Virus record (IMG/VR): IMGVR_UViG_3300028832_000096
Strand: one strand, 5' to 3'
DNA length: 64,000 nucleotides
Source of the DNA: a virus
Lineage: Duplodnaviria; Caudoviricetes
The position numbers were made by a program, and so were the translations under genes. This document shows positions 6,784 through 17,378 of this stretch, one piece after another. The notes under the pieces were generated by a model. That model searched no databases. It was not told where the DNA came from and saw only the letters and a list, made by a program, of their open reading frames with translations. Every line of letters starts with the position of its first letter. The first letter of the stretch is position 1.

Positions 6784-7170
6784 TTATCTTTTGTGAGGCC
6801 TGTTATCCCACAAAATGTTTAATATTATTCTTACTCTAGACCGGCGGTATTCATCGCCTACATTGTTATAGATATAAACAAGGTTATATTTTTTAAGTGA
6901 TTCTTCGTAGGATTTAATGATAGCGGATTTAACCTCTATATCATCTATGTAAGTGATATAGTCCTTGACCCTGTCTAATCTGTGGTCTGGAAAATCTTTT
7001 GGGTCTGGTACTAATCCTCTTGCAGCATAATCAAGTGCTTGAGAATCAGTTATCCTGCATTCCAATGAAGTAGCAATCTCTCTAGCATTCTGGGCAATAG
7101 CTATTACAGCCTCATATGGCCCTAATGTTTTCTTTAATTCATTGTACGCAGGATTATTAGTTAAAGACAT
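6784..7170 (-). CDS. protein with RNA polymerase omega (RpoZ)-like N-terminus
   Basis: PAYNELKKTLGPYEAVIAIAQNAREI resembles the RpoZ pattern P-x3-L-x5-Y-x-LV-x3-A-x-RAR. Confidence 0.45.
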   Translation of the reverse strand: MSLTNNPAYNELKKTLGPYEAVIAIAQNAREIATSLECRITDSQALDYAARGLVPDPKDFPDHRLDRVKDYITYIDDIEVKSAIIKSYEESLKKYNLVYIYNNVGDEYRRSRVRIILNILWDNRPHKR

Positions 7171-7171
7171 T

Positions 7172-7801
7172 TTAATACAAGAAATCTCTAAATATTAATT
7201 GACCATTGTTATGTTCAACAAACATCTTTTCTTGCTTATATCTTGCAGGCCTAACTGAATTAATAAGCCGCATGATATCATTCCAAGTTTTACCTGACCT
7301 CAATACATTGAACTGAATTGGATATCCACTAGTGCCGTCTTTGTCATAACACTTGTATTCAATGTTGTTTTGGTCAAGTACTTCACATAATTTTTGAGCA
7401 TCTTCTGAAGCGGTAGAAGGATACGTAAACTTAAGAATTACTTCCTTGCCGTCACTACCTTTAATACCAGATATTCTAGGTTGATAGATTTCGTAACTTA
7501 TGGAATTATCACCACGTATAGAACTTTCTTTTGGAATGAAGTAGCCACTAACTTGATAAGATTTACCTGACTCTAAATTATAGGGGTTATCAGGATTAGC
7601 TACAGTGCTATCATATATTTTACTAATCAGACACTTGTTGCCATCAGCATCTTTAAACTTTACAAATATATGATAATCACCTTTGTAATAATCGCCATCA
7701 AAAGAATATTCATAAACAAGAGATTTAGTTTCCCTATCTAACTCAATTATCTTGTTATCAAGTCCGTAGAATTTCTTAGATGATTTGATGTAGCGTTTCA
7801 T
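7172..7801 (-). CDS. leader-bearing putative internal head protein
   Basis: Starts MKRYIKSS. Confidence 0.7.
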   Translation of the reverse strand: MKRYIKSSKKFYGLDNKIIELDRETKSLVYEYSFDGDYYKGDYHIFVKFKDADGNKCLISKIYDSTVANPDNPYNLESGKSYQVSGYFIPKESSIRGDNSISYEIYQPRISGIKGSDGKEVILKFTYPSTASEDAQKLCEVLDQNNIEYKCYDKDGTSGYPIQFNVLRSGKTWNDIMRLINSVRPARYKQEKMFVEHNNGQLIFRDFLY

Positions 7802-7805
7802 ATAT

Positions 7806-8264
7806 TTAATCCTTTAGCTTACTTCTTTTAATACCATTCAAGTACTTATCACTAGTATGAGTGCTCTTAGCAGCTTCCATCGTTACACCTAAGATATTTA
7901 CTTTAAATGTATGTTCTTCATCAATGTCGTAAAAAGCTGAAAATTCTAATGGAATATAAGTATCATCTACTGAAAAAGAAGATGGAAAACAACTATCCCA
8001 TTCATATCCTTTACTTTCAAAGTACCTTATTAGTTCTTTGCAATAATCTTCTGGAGTATTATTCCAATCTCCAGTTTCTTCCATCATTCTTTCTCGCTCT
8101 TCTTCAGGTATCCAGCGAATGAACATATCTATATCTGAATCTTCATTTTGCATACCATACGCATAGCTACCGGTAACAATTACTTTATCCTTAATATCAT
8201 TAAGGATTCTTACTAGAGCTGCTTTAGAGCTTAATTTTGATGATGCATTTATATATAGTTTCAT
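7806..8264 (-). CDS. Pol-beta-superfamily (MNT-like) nucleotidyltransferase with leader
   Basis: IVTGSYAYGMQNEDSDIDMFI (hGS...DxD motif); starts MKLYINASS. Confidence 0.8.
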   Translation of the reverse strand: MKLYINASSKLSSKAALVRILNDIKDKVIVTGSYAYGMQNEDSDIDMFIRWIPEEERERMMEETGDWNNTPEDYCKELIRYFESKGYEWDSCFPSSFSVDDTYIPLEFSAFYDIDEEHTFKVNILGVTMEAAKSTHTSDKYLNGIKRSKLKD

Positions 8265-8267
8265 ATA

Positions 8268-8468
8268 TCAATAAACAGAAATAATAATCCAACCAGCGTA
8301 ATTATAATCAGGCTCTATTTCCGCAACTTCTCTATAAAGCACACTATCATCACTATTATATAAATCTCGTGCTTCACCTTCAAAATACTGCTCGTTCGAT
8401 ATATTATCAAACACTGCAATACTTGTAGATAATGGAATATATTTAGTTATAAATTCCTTTAGTGACAT
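8268..8468 (-). CDS. hypothetical protein
   Basis: 66-aa ORF with AGGAG RBS. Confidence 0.65.
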   Translation of the reverse strand: MSLKEFITKYIPLSTSIAVFDNISNEQYFEGEARDLYNSDDSVLYREVAEIEPDYNYAGWIIISVY

Positions 8469-8515
8469 ATTAGTTCTCCTGACCTTTTACAAAGTAATTA
8501 AGATATTTATTCCAA

Positions 8516-8731
8516 TTATTTATGTCTCTGGAAATAACTCCACACTACTCCCCAAGCTACTTCGTCCAAAGTTTCGTCATAGAAGTTGCTCGCCATATCC
8601 CTTGTCACTTCAACCAATTCTGGTATAGCTGATTGCGGTATCGTCTTATTTAATCCAAAAGAAGCCATATGTTTAAGTGCACTAATTATCTCACTATCAC
8701 TGTATCTTGCAGCTCTAATGTATCGCTTCAT
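8516..8731 (-). CDS. leader-bearing small protein
   Basis: Starts MKRYIRAA. Confidence 0.7.
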   Translation of the reverse strand: MKRYIRAARYSDSEIISALKHMASFGLNKTIPQSAIPELVEVTRDMASNFYDETLDEVAWGVVWSYFQRHK

Positions 8732-8732
8732 A

Positions 8733-10223
8733 TTATATCTCCTGTCTATTTACAAAATAATTAATCTGCTTGTTCCAGTATCTCAACCATTCATCTAATG
8801 TGCTCTGTACATCGGAAGGCTGATTACAATATGCGTAGTCGATACAATCTATGTACATCTGTACTAACGATTTGATTGTTTCTAAACTACCTTGGAAATC
8901 ATATTTTTGTACAGGAACATAATCGCAAGGGAAATCTAACTGCGGAACTGTTCCTTGCTTCTCTACAAGCAATTCACCTAATGTGTCGATTTCTTTAATG
9001 AGTTCTTCATACATTTCTTCTGCGAGAAGATGAAGTTTCATCATGTCGTTGCCGGATGACATCCAATGAATAATGTAGAGGTTTCTATATGCTCTAATAC
9101 CTGCTTTGAATACTTCACATAAGCTTGCATTAGGGTCTACTTGGCAATTATCGCATTGTTCAATATCATAACCATTTTCATCTACATCAATACCGAAGGA
9201 CTGAGGTTCCTCAGTTAAGATATTGATAAACTCCTCTTGGTTGATGATATCATCTATATCGTCTAATGTATCTGCAGGTAAGTAATTAGATTCTAATCCT
9301 AATAACTCTACAGAACCATTGATTGTTTTCAATTTAACTGAAATGTGCTTTGCACTGTTTTCCATTGATGTTTCGCCTCCATTATCTTCACTTTCAGCAG
9401 TCTGTGTTTCAGGCTGTGTTATATCAGATAAACTTGGAGCTTCTTCGCTATCTTCTGGTTTATTGCCAGGAATTAACTGGTCTAAAGAAGTTTCGTCGTT
9501 TAGTTTATCTTGGTACATTTTACCTAATTGCTGTTGGATATCAATCAATATAGGTTTAACCAAACTAAAACCAATAAACATTGCTTTATTTTCACGAGAA
9601 ATCTTTTCTTCACGAGTAGCTTGTTTATTGGTATCTTTGTTATTTACTACGTCAATGTATTTGAAAATCCACTTACCTGCATCTTCTAAACTAATGCCGT
9701 CAATTTTACCTTGGTCAAAGTTTTCAGCTTCACAATGTAATGAATAGGTAAATTTATTAAAGACAAAATCACCCCAGGTGTCAAACTTGCTATCTTCCCA
9801 AGAGTCTATCTTCTCTAAATCAATGCCAAGCATACCTTCACCACTGTGAACAGTAATGTCACCTACATAGTGTTGAACGCTTTGGTCATACTTGATTCTT
9901 CCTGAAGTTTCTGCATCTGTAAGCATATTAATTCCAGAACGAATCTTCTTATTGTTTAACGCATTAGTTGTAAGATTCTTTATGGCGTAAGTAATATCAT
10001 TGAATGCGCTATCTACATTAGTAACAGCAAGGTCTATAGTAATTGGAGTTGTATTCTCCATATCCTGGTTAGGCTTAATTACTACATGAGTAATTGCTGT
10101 TCCGGACTTTGTTTCCACATCACCGGATTCTGTAGTATAACCATCAACAATATTTCCAAGACCTTTAAATATCTTGTCGATAATGGATTTTAATTTGTTT
10201 AAATCAAATACAGTATCTGCCAT
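8733..10223 (-). CDS. multidomain protein with C-terminal Dps/ferritin-like domain
   Basis: HWMSSGNDMMKLHLLAEEMYEELIKEIDTLGE has the H-x11-H-x14-D-x3-E spacing of the Dps ferroxidase centre. Confidence 0.8.
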   Translation of the reverse strand: MADTVFDLNKLKSIIDKIFKGLGNIVDGYTTESGDVETKSGTAITHVVIKPNQDMENTTPITIDLAVTNVDSAFNDITYAIKNLTTNALNNKKIRSGINMLTDAETSGRIKYDQSVQHYVGDITVHSGEGMLGIDLEKIDSWEDSKFDTWGDFVFNKFTYSLHCEAENFDQGKIDGISLEDAGKWIFKYIDVVNNKDTNKQATREEKISRENKAMFIGFSLVKPILIDIQQQLGKMYQDKLNDETSLDQLIPGNKPEDSEEAPSLSDITQPETQTAESEDNGGETSMENSAKHISVKLKTINGSVELLGLESNYLPADTLDDIDDIINQEEFINILTEEPQSFGIDVDENGYDIEQCDNCQVDPNASLCEVFKAGIRAYRNLYIIHWMSSGNDMMKLHLLAEEMYEELIKEIDTLGELLVEKQGTVPQLDFPCDYVPVQKYDFQGSLETIKSLVQMYIDCIDYAYCNQPSDVQSTLDEWLRYWNKQINYFVNRQEI

Positions 10224-10249
10224 AGTTATTTGTGATTCCTTTTAAAGTA

Positions 10250-10290
10250 AATGACCCTACAGGCAATTTATCTCAATCACCTGTAGGGCC
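10250..10290 (-). terminator. hairpin, possible terminator
   Basis: GGCCCTACAGG/CCTGTAGGGTC stem after the 10320 gene. Confidence 0.45.
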
Positions 10291-10319
10291 GTGTTTACAT
10301 TGTAAGTAACTTCTAGAAA

Positions 10320-10757
10320 TTACTTGCGGATTCTGCGAGAAGCAGCAACCTTACGAGCCGGCCTTGCGAGCTTCTGAGAAGCAGCAATCTTGCGACCGCG
10401 AACTCTTGTTGATTCCTCAACAACTTCCTCATCGCCCTCAGGTGTAACGGTAATCTCGTCGTCACCAACTGTGAAAGTAACTTCTGTTGTCTCGTCGTCT
10501 ACTGTGTAGTCAACAGGCTCACCTGTAACTTCAGCAAGGACCTCAGCAACATCAGCTGCCTCGAAGAGAATCTCTTCCTCAAATGCCTCTTCCTCAATAG
10601 GTGCTTCATCAACCGGAGCTTCCTCAACATCGATATCATCAACCTGGATATCTTCGATGTCTTCATCGGAACGGATGAATCTACGAGATGCACGAACGGG
10701 GCGCTTAGCAGAAGGCTCAACCTTCTTGCTTGCACGTACTGTCTTTGTGTACTTCAT
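10320..10757 (-). CDS. putative prohead core protein (basic ends, acidic core)
   Basis: Starts MKYTKTVRAS; contains VRAS twice plus IAAS and VAAS. Confidence 0.6.
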   Translation of the reverse strand: MKYTKTVRASKKVEPSAKRPVRASRRFIRSDEDIEDIQVDDIDVEEAPVDEAPIEEEAFEEEILFEAADVAEVLAEVTGEPVDYTVDDETTEVTFTVGDDEITVTPEGDEEVVEESTRVRGRKIAASQKLARPARKVAASRRIRK

Positions 10758-10773
10758 ATGAATTTCTCCTTAA

Positions 10774-11484
10774 TTAATTAAGTGCTACTAATTTGTTCTT
10801 TCTCGATTCAAGTTCTTGCCTTATTGCTTCTAACTCTGCATTAGCTTCTGTTAGTAAGGTTTCACCATCAAACGATACATTAGAACCTTCAACTCTGTAC
10901 TTACTGCGTGACCTGCCTAATGACTTTTTCATGTTAGCTTCAGACATTCTTACTAGATAGTCTACCCAAGTATCACTCTTGATTTCGCTAACATCTTGAT
11001 AATCAGGTACGTAAGTAATAGTTACTTGCGTAGGTATTGGTTCGCGATGAGATACATAAACAACTTCATTATCTACATCATGTTTCCACTGGAAATCTGT
11101 TGATAAAGTATTTCTGACCTGAGCCATTGCCATCTCGGTCATGATAGGGTCAACATTCAATGAAGAAGTTTGACCTATAGCTGAGTATGTGTTAACAGCT
11201 GCGGCGACTTGAAATACGTTTCCGCTATCTATGGAACTCATCACAAGACCAACACGAGGATATGCAGCTTGTACATTCAAGACCTTTTTGGTCTTTATTC
11301 CTAATTTGACGAGGTCAAGCCTCTTTTCAAAAGGAACTGTTATGTCTACTGGTGTCTTCATGTAGCGTTTTAACTCACGAAACGCAATGAGTACTGCTTG
11401 CTCGACTTGCATCTGTTCGGTATTGTCATTTGCTGGCGTACCTAACATGAAGCTTACTTGCTGTACAATCTCCTGCATTGTCAT
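10774..11484 (-). CDS. neck/head-tail adaptor protein (T4 gp13-like)
   Basis: C-terminal LGRSRSKY...DGETLLTEANAELEAIRQEL resembles gp13-like neck proteins. Confidence 0.6.
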   Translation of the reverse strand: MTMQEIVQQVSFMLGTPANDNTEQMQVEQAVLIAFRELKRYMKTPVDITVPFEKRLDLVKLGIKTKKVLNVQAAYPRVGLVMSSIDSGNVFQVAAAVNTYSAIGQTSSLNVDPIMTEMAMAQVRNTLSTDFQWKHDVDNEVVYVSHREPIPTQVTITYVPDYQDVSEIKSDTWVDYLVRMSEANMKKSLGRSRSKYRVEGSNVSFDGETLLTEANAELEAIRQELESRKNKLVALN

Positions 11485-11511
11485 AAGTTAACGCTACCGC
11501 CTAATTCTAGA

Positions 11512-11859
11512 TTAAGCCTGAGAAGATTCGCCGGCAAACGTGAAGCCCTGGCTCGCAAGAGCGGGAGCAATCTCACCAACATACTGAACGTCTGCGTCAG
11601 TAGCTTCCCAAGCGTAGGAACCAGCACGCATTGCAGCTCTGAGAGCAGCGATAAGACCCGGATGAGCGACCTGAGCGTTGAAGAATGCCTCAAGGCTCAT
11701 AGCGTCACCAAATCCACCGACGTTTGTATCATAGTAAGTACCGTCAAATGCCTGAGCATCAGCAGCAGCATTTGTAGGAACAAACGTAGCACAAATCTGA
11801 GCAGCAGGTGCTACTGAAGCGTCAACGGGCGCGGTGTAAGTAATGGTAATAGTTGCCAT
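11512..11859 (-). CDS. probable virion structural protein (possibly head decoration)
   Basis: Start corrected to MATITITY (AAGGAGG RBS); Ala-rich, codon usage like the MCP, own upstream AACCTT motif. Confidence 0.5.
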   Translation of the reverse strand: MATITITYTAPVDASVAPAAQICATFVPTNAAADAQAFDGTYYDTNVGGFGDAMSLEAFFNAQVAHPGLIAALRAAMRAGSYAWEATDADVQYVGEIAPALASQGFTFAGESSQA

Positions 11860-11940
11860 AACTTTTTGCCTCCTTGTTTTGATAAAAAATTTGATTACTT
11901 CTCGATGACCAGTCGAGAATTGCAAATTTCACTTCTTATC

Positions 11941-11953
11941 AGTATATAAGGTT
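11941..11953 (-). promoter_or_regulatory. putative class-L phage promoter AACCTT-A-TATACT
   Basis: One of about a dozen similar motifs upstream of minus-strand genes. Confidence 0.55.
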
Positions 11954-12017
11954 AAAATAAAATACGCTTATTATATTAAATAAGCGTATCTAAATTAGTA
12001 TTCAGTTAACAATTTGA

Positions 12018-12881
12018 TTATTCCATCCAGGAAATATCTTCTACTTCCATGTCCTCGAGGAACTGTCTCCAAGCACAAGTTCTAGCGGAAGTTTCGTCAT
12101 TGTACTTTAAAGGTATTCCGCCTGAATTGTCAACATAGATTGTATACGGATATCTAGCAAATGTTATTTTTACTTTGCAATCAAAATAATCATCTTCATA
12201 TTTTGTGAATTCAACAGAATTAAACTTTGTAAGCTTCAATAACTTATCTTCATAGTTATCTGCAACAATCCGTCTGAGCTCTTCATCAGAAGCACCTTTA
12301 GGTGCATCAATCTTCATCCTAACGCCTACAAAATCACTTGCATCATAAGGCTTTATTTCAACAGTGTATTTTTGCGTTTTAGCTACGACAACGTCTATAA
12401 CAACTTCGTCAAATTCATAATCTCCTGCGATATAAATCATATCATCGGTTTGGTAAATTCCATTAAAAGAAATACCTGGAGTATTTTGAAGTGAAGATAA
12501 ATCAGAAATTGTGAAACCTTTAAACTTAGCCTTTTTCAATGCTTGAGATAAAACACTAAATGCTTTCTTGCCATATTGCTCACAACCGTAAACACAAAAC
12601 TGAAAAGCACCATGAAGCTTTGCGGTAACTGTTTCATCTTTGTTTTTCTCAGATGCCCAAGGACCCGCTTCTAAGTAAGCAGATATTCCGAAATCATCAG
12701 GACCGTCTAAACCGATAGATTGAACAACAGGTCTGAATTGTGAATCAAGATATTCAGCGACGTAATCACAACCTGTTTCGTCTAATTCATCTCTTTCATA
12801 CCAGTCTCTTTCATAAAGGTCGTTTAAATCAGATTCCTCTATGAATTTCTTATAGATTGGAGGTATTTTTGAATACTTCAT
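12018..12881 (-). CDS. hypothetical protein
   Basis: 287-aa ORF; MKYSKIPPIYKKFIEES may be a divergent leader. Confidence 0.75.
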   Translation of the reverse strand: MKYSKIPPIYKKFIEESDLNDLYERDWYERDELDETGCDYVAEYLDSQFRPVVQSIGLDGPDDFGISAYLEAGPWASEKNKDETVTAKLHGAFQFCVYGCEQYGKKAFSVLSQALKKAKFKGFTISDLSSLQNTPGISFNGIYQTDDMIYIAGDYEFDEVVIDVVVAKTQKYTVEIKPYDASDFVGVRMKIDAPKGASDEELRRIVADNYEDKLLKLTKFNSVEFTKYEDDYFDCKVKITFARYPYTIYVDNSGGIPLKYNDETSARTCAWRQFLEDMEVEDISWME

Positions 12882-12886
12882 TAGTA

Positions 12887-13168
12887 TTACTCCTCAGGAA
12901 TAGCTTCTCCGCCGATGTTGCCGCTAATAGCTGAAATTTCTTGATTAATAGCATCGGAAAGTCTGTTGATGATTTCAAGTGCCTTTTGACAATCGCCATC
13001 TCTACAAAGCTTTTCGATACCTGCAAGTGCATAACCGAAATCGTCTTCAAGTGCGTCCTGCTGTTCCTCGACTACATCAAGCATATCAGGTTTCTTATTG
13101 TCTGCTGCTTGGATATCATCGGATGCCTTTACGTAATTAGAAGGATACTTTGTGAATGTCTTTTTCAT
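12887..13168 (-). CDS. leader-bearing small protein
   Basis: Starts MKKTFTKYPSNYVKAS, then IQAA. Confidence 0.75.
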   Translation of the reverse strand: MKKTFTKYPSNYVKASDDIQAADNKKPDMLDVVEEQQDALEDDFGYALAGIEKLCRDGDCQKALEIINRLSDAINQEISAISGNIGGEAIPEE

Positions 13169-13185
13169 CGTTATTTACACCTCGA

Positions 13186-14130
13186 TTACTTTAAGTATTT
13201 TTCAAATGAAGCTAAATATTCGTTGATGCTACTAGCGCAACCCTTTAAAGTTCTATAACCATTACCTTTTGTAAATTCAGCTAACTTAACAGGGTCAATA
13301 GAACCGTCTTCTTTTGTGCAAGCTTCAAGACCTTCGAGCATATCTTTATAATAGCTAATTGCCCAACGAAGATTTCCCATAGCCTTATCACCGCTGTAAG
13401 GAATTTTTCCTTTACGGACATCAATAGAATCAAACAATCTTGATTTGCAAGAATTGATTTTATCGTAATAATCATCAAGCGTTTTCTTAACTTCGTCAAG
13501 TCTGCCCTTAAGCCTATCAGGGAATCTTTTATATAATCTGGAATATAATGTCTCAGGATTAGGAATCGTATAACCTGACTTATCACGATTGCCAGGCTTA
13601 GACCATTCAGCGTCAGCGTGACGATTGCTTGTGCGTTCCCACTTATGCGTTTCGTTATTGTATGCTTCAGGAAAATCGGGAACCTGACCCATGTATTCAG
13701 GCTTAGAATCGCTCCAGCGCTTTTCATATCTAGGGTCAACATAACCTCTACCTTCACGAATATCCTTGCGCAAAGGAGCTGTCATATAAACTGTATCAAT
13801 GATGTGTTCCTGAATACGGGCTTTAGAAGCTGTAGCTAATGCTCTATACCTATCTCCTGCAGGAATGTGTCTTCCATAACCACCCATTACTTTGGGAACA
13901 TATACATACTGACCAGCAGGTGTCTTATAAGATTCACCCCAACGAGTTTCTTCCTTGTAAGTATCATCTAATAAATAAATCGGAACGCTATCAGGCTCCT
14001 CTACTTTTGAAAACTTAGCCTGCGACATTGCGTAACTCTGATTAAGGTAGCTGAGGGCTTCCTTACCGGCTTCGCTCTTTAACCAACTCGGCATTGACGA
14101 GTCATACGATGCTCTGATGTATCTCTTCAT
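13186..14130 (-). CDS. leader-bearing putative internal head protein
   Basis: Starts MKRYIRAS at ATG 14130 with an AAGGAG RBS. Confidence 0.75.
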   Translation of the reverse strand: MKRYIRASYDSSMPSWLKSEAGKEALSYLNQSYAMSQAKFSKVEEPDSVPIYLLDDTYKEETRWGESYKTPAGQYVYVPKVMGGYGRHIPAGDRYRALATASKARIQEHIIDTVYMTAPLRKDIREGRGYVDPRYEKRWSDSKPEYMGQVPDFPEAYNNETHKWERTSNRHADAEWSKPGNRDKSGYTIPNPETLYSRLYKRFPDRLKGRLDEVKKTLDDYYDKINSCKSRLFDSIDVRKGKIPYSGDKAMGNLRWAISYYKDMLEGLEACTKEDGSIDPVKLAEFTKGNGYRTLKGCASSINEYLASFEKYLK

Positions 14131-14193
14131 AGACAATCTCCTTCGGGAATATAATTATGATAAACAATCTAATAATATATAGTTATCGACATT

Positions 14194-14247
14194 ATCATTT
14201 AAGGTTATATTATCACACCAATTATAAAGAGTATGAATCGTTATTGT
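14194..14247. promoter_or_regulatory. divergent promoter pair (class-L on minus, class-E on plus)
   Basis: AACCTT-A-AATGAT (minus, 14194-14206) and AATCGT-TATTGT (plus, 14236-14247). Confidence 0.5.
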
Positions 14248-15178
14248 AAGTGGCAGGAGGTAAATTATGAAATTCATTTTATCATTCATTTTAGTAGCTT
14301 TGAGTTGTATAGTGATGATGTTTATAAGTTACTGCATCGTTACTAATAATGTAATTAAAAGGCAACGAAAAGAGATATCTAGATTGCGTACTGAGAATAT
14401 GCGGTTAAAAACTGCACTTAAGAATAATGAAATTGTTCAGCGCATAGAAATTACAGACCATGGTGTTATCAAAGCACCTAGTTTTAGTAAATGGTGATTT
14501 ATATGGAAGATATAGATAGAAAGATTCAAAACAAGAAAAATGAAATTGCTACTTTAACTAAGATGTTAGATAATGCAAAGAAAGACCTTTGGACTTTGGA
14601 ACATATCAAGAAATCACAAGATAAGAAGTGGAGGTAACTAAAATGTATGAGATGTCACCCGATGAGGTAATCAAAGAATTGCGATATCTGCAGGACAAGA
14701 AAAACGCAGAATTTGATATGGTTACTGTAGATAGCAGATGCAGAGTAGCCCTTAATTATGCAATTAAGGCAGTTAATGCCCAGAAAAATTCAATGGTATT
14801 CTGCCCACATTGTGGAACTCGATTAGATTCGACACAGTAATGAGGTAAACTATGAAGAAAACAATTACAATGTATACATTTCATTGTACTCGCTGCAATA
14901 ATACGCTCACAGTATCTAAACCATTTCCGATGAGGCATTGTCCATTTTGCGGAGACTGCTTAGATGAAGATGATAGGAAGAAGATTTATGAATGCATAAG
15001 AACAGGATACAAAGGCTATGACAGTTAAAGAATATTGCGAACAATCTTTAAAAGAATGTGATGAGTACAAAGCTAAGTGGGAAAAGGTAAGCGGTTTTGA
15101 ACATGCTGCTACTGTATTTGAAGGAATGGCCGAAGCGTATTATGACCTTTTGCATAAGATTAAAACAGGAGAATTGAC

Positions 15179-15895
15179 ATGAGGATAATTGATAAACTTC
15201 AAGATTACTACGACTATCTTCAAGATTATGATGATAATCTTGTATTTGATAGACGAGGTTCTTATTTAGTAACAAAGCAGGATATCTGCGATGACATCGG
15301 AAGAGTTCCATATAATGAGGGCTTCACTTTTTATCTAATTAACTGCGGAGCTACTTATTGGCTGTTGTATGCTATTAAAACAAAAACCGATGGTAAGGGA
15401 GCGCTTGCTAAAGTTCTTGATTACAAATTAGGTGTTGTAGCAACTTGGAAGAATTACGATAATGAATTCGGTTTGCTTAAATTTGAGCAGATACGAATCA
15501 ATTCGATATGGGAATATAGCTGCACTACCTATGATTACAAAATTCATTGTAGATTCTTAGAAGAAGATAAACTAGCAGCAAAATCAGATGACTTGAAAAA
15601 TGCTATTATTCACAAAGATTATGTTTCTATGCATCGCTATGACATACAGACTAAATGGATTCGTGGTAATAAAGGTAATATAAAGGAAACAGAAATCACT
15701 TATCCTATTCTGAAAGCATGCGGTATCTCAAATCTTATTGAACCGGATGTAATGTATCATGCAATTGACGAATATTTTTCGCTTATGAAACAAGCATCAG
15801 AAACTACTGTTGCTGAAGGTACTACTAACGAAGATAAAATTGTAAATCACGGCTTTGATAAAAAGACATCATTTAGGGGTAATAATAAAAAATAA
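15179..15895 (+). CDS. hypothetical phage protein
   Basis: 238-aa ORF, the largest in the island. Confidence 0.8.
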   Translation: MRIIDKLQDYYDYLQDYDDNLVFDRRGSYLVTKQDICDDIGRVPYNEGFTFYLINCGATYWLLYAIKTKTDGKGALAKVLDYKLGVVATWKNYDNEFGLLKFEQIRINSIWEYSCTTYDYKIHCRFLEEDKLAAKSDDLKNAIIHKDYVSMHRYDIQTKWIRGNKGNIKETEITYPILKACGISNLIEPDVMYHAIDEYFSLMKQASETTVAEGTTNEDKIVNHGFDKKTSFRGNNKK

Positions 15896-17378
15896 TGAAA
15901 GTATTGATTTTATTCATATATCTTGTGATATCTATATCAATCGGCATTATTGATGTTGTTTTAGTAAAATCTCAGTATAACTATCTATCAACAGTTCCTA
16001 ATGGAGATATTGGTTATTATGTTGTGCCGAAGAAGATTATCGGTATTCATAATGTAATATTATTTCCGAGTTTATTTGTCATAGGGATATTTAGAATACT
16101 AGGTAAATTAGTGGAGGCCTAAATGACACCTGAAGAAGCTAAAAAGATTTTAATAGAAAGTAGACCTGATAGACCTCAATCTACAAACCGCAGGAAATAT
16201 CAAAGAGCAGTAGATACTATACTAGAGGCCCTAAAAGATAGAGAAGAAGGGCGATGGGTTGTAGACGAAGTGTCCGGCAATCTTGTATGTTCTTTATGTC
16301 ATACTAGTTTAGTAGATGACCCAAAATCAAATAAGTTTTGCAGGTGGTGTGGTGCGTATATGGGGGTTATAGAAAATGACGAATGATGCATTTGTTGCCT
16401 TCGCTGTTGGTATAGCGGTAGGTTTTGTGCTTGGGATAATTGCTTATGCGTTTACTACTGCGTTTAGAAACAATAGAGATTCAAATGAATATAAAATTTA
16501 TCAAGTACCTCAACCATCTAAATTGCAGAATATTGATGCTGTATTAGAATATTATGTTAAACTTAGATGCCAAGAACCTTATGGTAGTGAAAGCTATAAT
16601 AAATTAACTGAAGATATAAATAGATTGCGTTATGAAAGAGATGTAGAAATTGCAAAATTGACGAGGTTATAATATGAATAGACCACTTGAATATTATGTA
16701 TTTACAAGACCAAATGCAATGGTCGGACATAAATTTACCGACGATTTTGCTTTATGTAAGGCAAGAAGTCGTGGTGATGCTAAACGAATATTCAGTAAGT
16801 ACTATGCTGATGTTGAAGATAGTGAAATTCGTAAAATTTCGGGACTTTTAAGCGGGAAGCAAGGAAACAACTTCACTGTATTGTCAGACTACTGAGTTGC
16901 ATTGGTAATCGTTATTATAGTCATCGCAGTAATTGACGCATTGATGAGGTAATTAAATGTCTGCTAGAGATATTGTAAGCGTAATATTTAGCATAGCGGT
17001 TATTTTATTCATTGTTGTGTTTTGTATAGTAGATATATTTCAAGCCAGACGATTAAAAGATAAAGCGAGGCGAGATAAGGAGAAAAGAAATGGACGCTGA
17101 AAACATACTCGGCGTTATAATGATAGTTGTTATATTATTACTGTTTATTTGCAGCATAGTATCAATTTGGAGAAGATATAAATGATTCCACCATTATCAG
17201 AAACAGTTATTACATATAAGTGTAGTAAATGTGGTAGCAAAAACGCTGCTTGGTTGATGAATGTTTGTATGCATCCAATTCAATGTGGCATCTGCAATAA
17301 TAAAGAATGGATTACATCAGAACAGATTATTGATGAAAGATATAACAAACACTGCGCGGATATGAGAGGTGATACAGA

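Noticed and set aside
16907-16918. Additional AATCGTTATTAT promoter copy (also one inside the start of the 5699 gene)
   Set aside because: Both lie in coding or coding-like sequence and may be coincidental.
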